Origin: an uncultured Clostridia bacterium | GTDB lineage: Bacteria; Bacillota; Clostridia; Christensenellales; UBA1242 | Assembly: GCA_934757825.1 (NCBI GenBank) | Contig: CAKVLP010000001.1 | Span: 93,834 to 157,833, forward strand | DNA length: 64,000 nt | Direction: 5' to 3' | In this document: piece after piece, positions 7,523-19,500 of the stretch | Numbering within the stretch: position 1 is the first letter of the stretch | Layout of the letters: each line of letters opens with the position of its first letter | The notes under the pieces: model-generated | Told to the model about the DNA's origin: nothing | The model's database searches: none | The model's input: only the letters and a program-made list of their open reading frames with translations | Translations under genes and position numbers: made by a program

Positions 7523-10500
7523 ATGAAAAAAAGCGGTTCTAAAAATATTTTTGTAAATATTATTTTAGGAATATCGATGATGCTATCTATGGTGGGTGGC
7601 ACTTTTTTAATGGTTGACGCAAGGCAAAACCAATTAAGAAAAGCGTATGCCGACGCCACAAGCAATCCTAACGACAACGGGATTACTTTTATATCGACTA
7701 GCGACAGTCAAAACGCCACTGGTCTAAACGGCGGTACATATGTATACAACAACGCCTCAATTAACTACATCGACGTTAAGGGTCTGGTGTATTATGTGAA
7801 AGACGGCAAAGTATACACCTCCCCTTCCCTAGACACAGAAACATCGGACTTAGAATACGAAATAAACGGCTCGTATGTGACAATTGGTGGGATAAATCAC
7901 GAAATCAAAAAAGACATCAAAATGTTTACATACAAGGGCGCGACTTGTTATTACAAGGACGGAATTGTATACGACTCCATAAACTGCCGTAACTCTATCA
8001 CAAGTGACTACGACACCATATACACATATACATACACAAATGGCGGAAACACCTATGTAGGCAAAAACACTATTGACCGCATTTACTTTGGTGCAAACCC
8101 TTATTACAAGATTAAAATGGTTAACGACGCTGACCCTAGCGACACTAAAACAATGTACGCGCTTGTTAAGTCTATTAACTACTACAAATTATACGAAGAA
8201 GAGACAGAAGGGAGCAAAGTCCTAGTAGAGTGTGTCAACGACAACCAAGATATGCCAACGCTAGAAAACATTTTGATCCACTCCAACCTACCAAGTTCGG
8301 GCACTATTGTAGAGGATTATATTAACGTTTTCAATAAACCATACTACATTCACGACAATAAATTGTATGCCAACGCATACTATATTGATATTGACAAAAC
8401 TAATGAATTCGACAGTAAAATTATAGAAAACACAAACAACACAATCACATTTGCCGAATCTGCCACCACAAACACCAAGACACTTCTAGTGTCGGGTGTT
8501 AACCACACTATGTCGGAAGTGGTTATCAACGGCGATGGGTACTATATTGACACATCGGCAAGTGGTCGCTTGACCAAGTTGTACAAAGAGTACACCGCTT
8601 CGACCGCCCACTCGCAATACATTACTATTGACGAAACAAACTCCGACGATACTAGCGCATATGGCGATTATTATACATTAGACGCTTTTAAAGTTGGGCA
8701 AGGATATTCGTATTATGTTAAGGCTGGCGTAACCAACAAATTTTACTCCTTATCTTCTTACGACGAGGAAGGCAGTGGCATCACTATTGACGGCGTAAAC
8801 TACCCTGTTGTAAATAATAAAGTAAAAGTAAACGGCACTTATTACAATGTGGCCGAAAACAAAGTAACAATTGACGGCGAAGACTATCAAGTTGGGAATG
8901 TTGTGTACAGCAAATACAATGTTACCGAAGCAAGTGTAGATGATGCATACATTCTTTCTAGCACCGTGGCAGAAAGAGACGTAAATGGCACAATAACCAG
9001 AGACGGAAGTGCCAGCGTGTTTGCCGAGCCAAGCAACTTGGATTTTAGTTATGTAATTGACTATTCTCCTGAAACCCCAGTAGTGAAAGCGACATTCTCC
9101 ACTGAGACTTTGGACGGGCACGAATTGCCAGGAGTAAGTTATACTTTTAACAGCACCCCAAAAACCACAATCCAGTATTTTATTAACAAATCAAACGACA
9201 TTAAAAAGGCTGGCACCGAAGCGCCTATTGCACAAAAAGCAGATGGTTCGTACGAACTAGAAAGCGATTTTGACATCTCGACTTACGAGCGCGATAAGGT
9301 TAGGATCCAAAAGTTTTCTGGAACGATAAACCGCGGAGCAACAGTGCCAAGTGTTGTACTTGATGAAAAGACTTATTACATTAAGGACGGAGAAAACAGC
9401 ACTCTTTACACCAGCAACACTCTTACACCTAGTACTCAAACAAGAGACTTTAAGGGTCTAACAATTGTTATTGGAACCAATTATGTAAATGTTTACAGGC
9501 TTTTCTCCCCTGTTACGATTAACCGAGTTACCTATTATGTTGCTGACAATGACAACACAAACCTTTACATTATCACAGGCGATGGTACAGCCAACAACCC
9601 ATACAGCGAACGAATTGCACAGCCTGATGAGTTTAGTTATACAATTGAGAAAACAACTAACAAAGTAACTACAACGTTCCGTTATCAATTGACCAACAAG
9701 TTGTTGAAAATCCTTACCTACACAAACAAAGTCGATGATGATGGCACCATTACAAAACTTAACATCGCATCGGATTACTTTACTTACGACACTCAATTCT
9801 TCTATTTCGACAACAAACTTTACACAAAGCAAGTTGACGACAGCACAACGAAAGAAGATTTGCTAAACTACCAGATGAAAGACTTCACTTTTTCAAGTGT
9901 TGTTACCGCAATTACAATTGGCAACGTTAACTACCCTGTTGAGGCTGCCGAATACACCACTGTTTCCATTAACGACAAGCAATATTATGTTGACGGCAAC
10001 AAGTTGTATGCGACTATGCTTTTGGGTTTTGAGGACGGAAACCGCAACCGTCTTATCACATATCAAGACGAAGTTAAAAACGGATTTTTCGACTACAAGA
10101 TTAACGCTTCTAAGAGACTTGTAACCATATTCACCGGCAGTGCGATTGTGACCGACAATGACACGACCGTTACACTAGCCAGTGGAGTTACGTCCAGAAG
10201 CACTTTTGAATCGGACGGAAAAACTTACTATCTTGGCGACGACAACAACATTTATCAAAAGGTTTCTAAAAAGACCACATCAGTGTCGTACAATTCGCGT
10301 AATTACTTTGCATTGAAAGAGCCTTACAAAGATACTACTTATTACATTTCAAAAACAACCTCTGCCAGCAACCCAGAGAACGCACTTAGCATTCCTGCAA
10401 ACACCGCTACTCCACTTGCTACTGTTGCTGGACAAACTTATTCGGCAACTTTCAACAAGGATACTTATAAAGTGACACTAACGCTAAGCAATGGTACTCC

Positions 10501-13500
10501 GGAAATATTTTCTGCTAAAAAAGACGATAAAACTCAGTCGTATTATTTGAGCACATGGGCTTATAACACTACAACAAAATACCCAATGCGCCTTTATATG
10601 TTTGATCGTCTTAGTGTTACATATTATTTCCAAATTCCTGCCGACGGCGACAGCACAATTAGTTATCTATACAGACTGGCAGAAAGAACTACTACAAACA
10701 AGGTATTTGCGGACGTATTAAAAGTTGAAAGCGGAAAGTTTTACTTACCAAATTACTACATCAAGGCTGAATACAGTGAAACGACATATTACTTAAATAT
10801 CCACACAAAAGTGCTTTATGTTGCAGAAGGAAGCAGTTTGAACCCTGTTGACGCCAGTACACTTGAAGCCGAATACGATGCAATTGAAGGAACTATCAAG
10901 TTCACAAAAAGTGGCGAGACAACGATTAAGACTCCAGCCCACACGCTTGACTCCACTGACACTGTGGCAAACAATGCTTGTTTCAGTGTTGAAAATGGCA
11001 GTGTATCCAATCAAATCGCTGAGATCACGATTGACAACTTTAATGTTAACTTTACCGAAAGCACTGGTACCACCTCAATTACCCACACTGATGTAACCTA
11101 CTTACTTCAAGACATTTTGGATTTAAACATTGAGTTTGGGTTTGAAAACGGCCACGAATTCTTTGTGAATGATGCATTTAATGCTCCAAAATCCATCAAA
11201 ATCAACAACACCTCGCTTAAATCATATGGTTATGATTCCGCGACAACAGATACAGATGACGATCCTTACAACAACGGTACTGATTCTTTTCACTTTAAAA
11301 ACAATGTCCAAAACACCGAGAACGCATTTGTTGTAACAAGCAATAATACTTTTGATGAAAATGGTCGGCCAAACAAAATTTATTACAATGTTTATATTCG
11401 CTACAATAGCAGATATTACGTTGTATACTGTGGCACAGAAACCGATCCTAACGAGATACATGTGTATTATATGGAATCATCTCCTATCGCTGAAAATAAA
11501 AGTGGTTCCCCAATATATTTTTCAGCATTCTATAAAGATTTACCATCAATTGAACAAGCAGCCTACAACAACGCTATTTTAAAGGTTTACAGCCCTGGCG
11601 ACAACGACAGTCAACTTGACCCTAAGGGAACTGCATATACATCTAACACCATTACATTTACTGGATTCAAGGACTTTTTAGTAAGGGATTCTTACGTTTA
11701 CAACACAAGCGACTTCTACCTTTACGGCGAAGAAAACAACACTATCACTTACAACGGGCACGATTACACAATCGTTGTTGATGATGCGACAAATGAATCC
11801 CAACTTTATTACAAAACTGACGCTCTAAATCAAATCGAAGCAAGGCAAGTTTATTTCAGTTACACCATTACAGCAAACACTGTTACGGTTGACAACAATG
11901 TAATTGCCACCGATTTAAAGAGTTTTAAGTATATCGAAGTAGGAAGTTCACACTTCATACTAGACGAGGCAAACCAAGTATACGAAAAATTCTCTTACGG
12001 CATACACAGCGTTACACCATTTGAAAAGGCGGGAGATAAAAACTCAGAAAATGCAAAGAGAGTCGCTAGTCAGGTTTACCTTACCCCTACTGCTCAAAAC
12101 TACGATATCTTGAATTCCAACAATCGCGAATATCTTGACAACCAAGCAGATTTAAAGACCCGAGCACAATATGAAAATGGCGCTCAGATAATGCTTCAAA
12201 ACTACCTAAACAGTTATGAACTTCAACAAGGCAATGCAAGCGAACTTGGAAAACCTATCCAAAACGTATATATCCAGTTTGGCGAACAAAAAGACCAAGC
12301 AGGTGCGGGCAATCTAACCGTTAAGAGCGGTGTTACCCTACTTTCTGTTCAAGCATTCCTTAAAAACAAAGAGACCGCTCAGTATTCGACAATTTCAGAA
12401 GGCTACGACATAAACTACGGTGTAAGAATTAAAATTGACGACGTAAGATCGGAAGCAGTTTATTACAATGGTCAGACTGTTATTAACACAAACTACTATT
12501 GGTTCCAATATTTTGACCTTAAAAATATAAAAGCACTTGTTGGGTCGGCCATTGGCACTAGCACCGACGCTATTCCAATTTCGGAGGCATCGGGCAAATA
12601 TACTTTGATTTTCAAGTACTCCTACATTGATGAAAACGGCAGATCTCAATCGGGAAACGAATATGTTTATTCCTTCTATCTAAGCGATGACAGCAACTAT
12701 GTTGAGTACCCTACCCTTAACACCACAATTACCGAAGAAACCGCTCCAACAACTGAGGATCAACTATATGATGTTGTTAAGAAAGTTACAAGTGAAACCG
12801 AAATTAACTACTACTACAATTTCCAAACATTCGATACACCTATTTACACATTCAACGCTTCTAGATATGGTGTGGAATACGACTTTACTTACAACCTTGA
12901 CAACCGCGTTTACACCACCGACTTTAAGATCTACAACACCGCAAGTCAAAGTGCTACAAACGGCGAATACGGCGTTCTAACGATTTACAGAAACGGAGCG
13001 TTCGACGAGTCTATCAAAATGGTGCTAAACCAAGCAAATAGCGCTATTGACTATTACAAAAACGAAATTCTATATGGAAGTTTGTATATTGATAGCAATG
13101 GCAAATTCTATTTGTCACTTGAAAACAATTATTATTACAACGACAAAAACAGATCAGAATACAGCGACGATGCAAGTTATTATCAAAAAGGTAGATTGAT
13201 TAAAAACGGTGCTAAGTCCACTGCCCTAGATTATTATTTCGTTTTGGTACTTGAAGAACTTGGCGATTACACATTCAAAAATATCCGCTTGATTTCTTCC
13301 GGCAACGACCTATCACTAACGACAAGTTTTGAAAACTATCCAGCGGACGTTAAAGGTAACGGCGCAAATAATATCCTAGAAGGATTTAAACAAAAACAAA
13401 TCGGTTCCAAAAAACTTTCGGGGTCGGAGACAATGCAATTTGGTACATTTGTAAATGGCGTGTTCTATTACGACAAAGACGCAGTTGCACCAGCAGACAG

Positions 13501-16500
13501 AAGTGTTTCTAACACCAACGGAAAGTTAAAGATCTATGGTGTAAAAACAGTGTTTAAGAAAGACGGGGTTATGACAAGTTTTAGAAAACTTGACGACAAC
13601 ATCTACTCAAACATTACACAAAATACCATATTTAAAGACGGGACTGGAAACGATATTGATGTAAGCAATAAATCCAACATCAGTGCGCAAACAGCGATTG
13701 AATTTGATCAGGCAAACTACTACTCTGTTCCACTTACAAACTTGCAACCTATTTACTTTAATTATTTGGGCGAGATGATATACAGTCAATCGGAGTACAC
13801 TAGATATCCTGACTTTACTTACGAGACTTACGACGACGGCTCATTAAAGAGTGTTACTCCTGGACCTACATTCTCCACCCTTCAATTCACAAACAAAACC
13901 TCTATCAACAAGTCTGGATTCTATGTAATTAAGGTTACATACAAAGACGAAAGTGATAGCACTGGACAACAAGTCCAATACTTTATGTTTGTTATCGACA
14001 ACACCGCTCCTAATATGCAGATTATGACCCATACGTCCACTACGGATACAGGCTCAATCTTTGTTTCCAACAACGAAATTGCATCTACTAGCAGGTATAC
14101 AAACAAACCATATCTATCGGTTAATTACATTAAACCTACATACTTCCAAGGCGACGTTAGAGTAAGCTACAAGGTGCTTAGTTATGACAACAAAACCACA
14201 CTTGTAAACGAGACCGTATACAATGGTGGACTATTAACAACTCGCGCTGGCAAATATGTATTTACTATTTACTACGGCGTAAACTCATCGAGTTATAACA
14301 CAACATATGTTGTTATTGATAAGTCGACACCTACGGGCGAATTATACAATGTAGATCAATCGAGCACAAACGGCAACGCGTCGTACTACTACACTACTGC
14401 GTACGACAAATACGCGTTTAACTCGCCAAAAGTATTTGTTTCAAACCGACTAAAAGAGTCGGGAGCCCCAGTTAGCGCTAAAATTAAAACCATTACACTA
14501 GAATCGTACTTGCAATTCGCAGAACAACTTGAAGATTACAAGGCGATTACAACCAATGTAATGATTAAAGCAAACATTGAGTTGTTTGACAACACTAGCC
14601 TAGATGACTCCCCTGCTTACAACTTCAAACACCCCGACATAAACGACCACTCGCTTACCAACGGGCAATTACTTGGAATAACCGACCAAACCACAATTTA
14701 TGTAATCAAACTTTATGACAGTGCCGGAAACGAATCGTACTATTTCTACTTCTACGACACAAGCAAGCCATATACACTATTTGAAGACGTAAACACAGGG
14801 GCGGTTAACAAAACCCTTGAAAACAACACAACACAAGGCAACACCAAGGTTATTTGGGGCGACAACAAGGCAATTTATGTAGATACAACCAATGTAGAAA
14901 GCGACACCAACAACCTATACACGCAGTTTATAGCAAAAGTTCGTGCAGATGTTTCTAAATTCAACGGAATTACAGTTAACACCGTAAATGGAAGTACTTA
15001 CTTGTATGTTCCTATTGAAAGCACAGTAGTTGAGAGCGAAAACAACAACGCAGCCAAGATTTCTGCCACCACATCAATAAGTGGTTCGTTTGCAAACAAT
15101 GCGGTTATTTACACCACCAAGTTTGCTTCAAAAAACAACACGCTTAGCAACGCTCCTGGCAACTGGACACTTGTAAACACCGAACTTCGCGCTATGTTTA
15201 GCGGTGACAAAACATACACCTTTACAATCCTAGACAGTGTGGGCAACAAGTTGGTAAAACGCGTGAAAATGAATTCTAGTTTCGCACAAGAGACATTTAG
15301 CGGAAGTTATTTAGACTCCAATAGCGACGAAACGCTAAAAGGCAAAAAGGCCGATCTTGACAAAAACAGGGCTTACACTATTGATACAATCAATGTTAGA
15401 TACCGCGCGCTTGAAGACAACGCAATATTCAAGCCAAAGGTTACTTACGATTACTACTATTTTGCTTATGATCAATTCCTAACCGAGGGTGCTAAATCCT
15501 CCACCAACTTGCCATACAGTGATTTGGCATACGATTTGGAGACGGGAAGTTTGTACAAATTCCACGACGAGAGTTATTACAAATGTACCGATATTAACGA
15601 ATACTTGACCGAAACCAATGCTACTTCCTGGGATACTATCAACAATATCGCAGGAAAATCAAACTTGTTTGTTGCGGGTTATCCTTTCAAACTATCCACA
15701 TCAAATCAAGAGATAACAACAGTTCAAACATCTGTGACCGAAAGTGGCAAAAACGTTTACTATATGGAAGCCAATGGCATCAACCTACAAGGCTCAATCA
15801 CCGCTCCGGGATTATATGTATTCCGCAGAGTGTATATGTACAACGCCGATGGCACATTCGTAACCGAAGAGGATATTGAAAACGCTAGTGACGATAGCGG
15901 GCTAAAAGACCTTGGCGACGACTTCGCTGTAAGATATTACGTTTACTATATCGACCGAAACAACATCATCAATCTTACCTACTCCGACGGCAAGGTAGAC
16001 GCTATTAACAGCGTAGGAAACTTGCTATCAATTGCACTAGGTTCGGTGGAAGATGACAAGATTACTTCGGAAATACTTAAAACTTATGAAACAGTAGTAA
16101 GCGATGAAACTGTAAGTATAAACACCAGCAAGTTAAGAGTTAAGACAGAATTTCCTATCGACAAATATGCTTCAACCGAAAAACTTAACGCATTAAGAGA
16201 TTACGACAACACAAGCAATCAACCTCTTAACAATTTTGCCGAAGCATACACAATCACTAGAAACGAAAACATATTCAAATACAATGTCACACTATATAAG
16301 ATTGGTGTCACAGAGCCTTTAATTAAAGACAACGTATTAAATACAAGCGCAATCGAGCAAATCAACCACAATTACAGTCTTTACGAAAATGGCTCATATA
16401 GGCTTGTAATCACCGACAATGCAGGGCTTAGAGTGATTAACGAAAAAGACGGAACACTTAACGAAATAGGTCAAAACAAATATGTGTTTAACTTTGGAAT

Positions 16501-19500
16501 CAAGTCGGAAAGTCCACTTGGCACATTCCAAACCAAAGCAGACGACTCAGTAGGCACAATTGTTGACCTAGAACTTAGAGACAATTCCAACACGACAGTT
16601 CCAGCAAGCGGAAGAAATTACATCTACAAAAACATCAACAAAGATTATTTGCAGTTTAGTTTCACTCAAAGCCTAAGCATCTACGACGCACAAGTAAATC
16701 CATTTAACGTGAGAATCACTAAAAACGGCACACAAATTCTTCAAACCAACGAAAGCGAAGGCTACGGCAAAAACGAAGCCACCAAGTTTGAGCATTCCGT
16801 GTTACCTACTGGCGTCAAATATGAGGACGTAATTAGCGTCGAGGGTGACGGAACAATTACTCCAAAGACTTACACATTCAAGATTTTTGATAGAAATAAC
16901 ACAAACTACTTGCTATCAAGCGCCGACGACAACGCGACCTACAAGGTTACGCTTGAATTTATAGGTACAGCAAGTGACTATCTTGTTAACTCCGACGGTG
17001 AGGCCCACAACTACTTCACTTCTTCGTTTGAAATCACAGTGGACAATATCGCGCCAGAAAACAACTTAGCAGAACTTGCTTCCAAGGATAAAAACCTTGA
17101 CAACTATTGCTTACAAACCTACGGCAAGACATATATGCAACTTACCAATGGCGAGAGAAGCGAACTTCTTAAAAAGTATGTATTCCCTATTAGTTATCTA
17201 AAATGTCCAACAAGTGAATCCGGCGGAAAAACAATAGGTGTCGGCAATTCAACCACTAACAGCCTAAGATATTATGCTGAAAAAGACGGATATGACGAAG
17301 ATATGGTTAGTGCTATTCTTGACCTTAGTTCAACGTCTGGCAGAGGCTATGAGGCACGTAACTCGCTTATCAAAAAGTACTCTACTGTATTCAACAAAAA
17401 CTACAACGACAGTGTTAAGGTTTACTTAAAGAGCATTGACAGCAATCTTAGAAATTACGAGATTTCGTATCTTCCAAATGAAGAGGGTGACAATCAAAAA
17501 CTTGTGTTCAACAAGTATGACAACGAAACTTATTCACCATACAACTATGACCACACTATCGACAACATGCCAGCGCTATCGTTTACATATCAAAATATGT
17601 CTTCTACGAAAATCCAGCCTGGATACTACGAATTATTTGAGGAAGACGAGGCTGGAAACCTAACTAGATATCTAGTTTATGTAGCCGACAACACGCAAGT
17701 AACTTATGGCATTGACTACGCTTCTTACAATCAAGCCACACAAAGTACCGCAACAAAAGAAGGACTATATTTTGTAAAACTTAACAACGGCAATTATATT
17801 TATATTACCGTTACAAAAGATGCAACAAAAGAAAACACTTACAATAAAAGTTTGAATGACCAATATGGCAACGCCCTATCTTCTAGTGAATATCAAGTTG
17901 TGTACAACAGTGACATTCCTACTTCATTAAAATATGGCGATGTGACCTACTCTGTTGATAAGGTTTACAACACTTCGGATTACACATTTAGATATCAAGA
18001 AGAAAATGGAGCATTTACAAATCTAAGACTTGTTCAAGATGCCAATGGTCAATTCTTAATCTACGACGGCAGTCAACCACGCAATTTTACTGCAACAGCA
18101 GGTTATAGTTATAGTGTGCTTTACAATAAATACAATGTACAAGGAAGCACCACAGAAAAAGTTGTTCCTTATGGAATTACATTGATAACTTATAACACGC
18201 AATACTGCGAAGTATATGGATTTAACGCATACGACATAAATGTTAGTAGCAACAATAAAGAATTAGACCTATTTAAAGTTACAGCATTAAATGCACTTAA
18301 ATATACAAGTGGTGGCGAAGTAACAAATGGTGTGGCAGCCGCTGCTCCTGGGACAGTGGAAGAATATTACTTTGACCAATTTATCACAATCAAGTTGTAT
18401 TCAGGCGTTAAAGGAAGCGACAATCGCTACAACTTTACACTTCTTAACACCCTAGTTTCCGACCCATACAGGTTAACAACTACCAAGTTTATGCAAAACT
18501 TCACAACAATTCTTCAAAGCGTTGTTAATGAAAACACAGGCGTTTACTCTTACAAAATAGAAGTTGTCAATAGATTTGGCGACAACTATGAGTTTATCGT
18601 AAACTTGCCAGATGCAAACCTAGTACTTTCTTATGCAACAATTGATTCAAAACTTCAAGTTTCGCTTCCTGACTCTTCTAAAAACGTTCAGATCACACAG
18701 TTTAATGTTGAGCGCTACGAAAATGGTGCTTGGGTTAAGGTTATCCGTGACGCAAACGGCACCCCTATCCTAAACAAAAACAGCGACGACGAAAAGGCTG
18801 GACTTCCATCAACAAGATATGTGTTTGGCGAAGGTTCCTACAGATTTACTATTCAAGACAACTACCTACGTCAAACAATCGACTACAAGTTTGTAGGCAA
18901 CAAAGACGACTCAATGAGTTTTGACTTTGCTTCTAAAAAACACATTAAAGAAGGCAACAACTACGTTACTTCAGGCGATATGTACATCACATTAGACGAT
19001 AGCCTTTACGAGGTTAACATTGGTCTAAGAGATTGTATTGAGTTTAACAAAGGCGATGATAAACTAAAATTATCCGTATTCAGCGAACATCAAGTTGTAA
19101 ATGGTCAAGTGAGAATTGTAGGACGCGTAGGTACATTTGACGTCGACAACAAATTTAGCGACTACGAATATAAATACGATAACACTACTACTTACCTACT
19201 ATACTACTACTTAGGCAAACTTTATGTTGACAAAAACTGCACAAGGTCGTTATCTGACGCCATTGGGACAGATGCAAACAACTTTAAGTGTTTGATTAAC
19301 TCCGAGCATTGTTATAAGTCAGATGTTCGCCTTGACGGCAAAACGACTTACAGGCTATCGTCTACTATTCTTGGAAACAATGCACTTATCAACGACTTTG
19401 TATTTACTATCAACTGGGCGGTTGACCCTGACAATGTGACATACTACACATTGAAAATCGACCAAACAAAGCCAGTTATTACACTAATATCCGAAAACGA

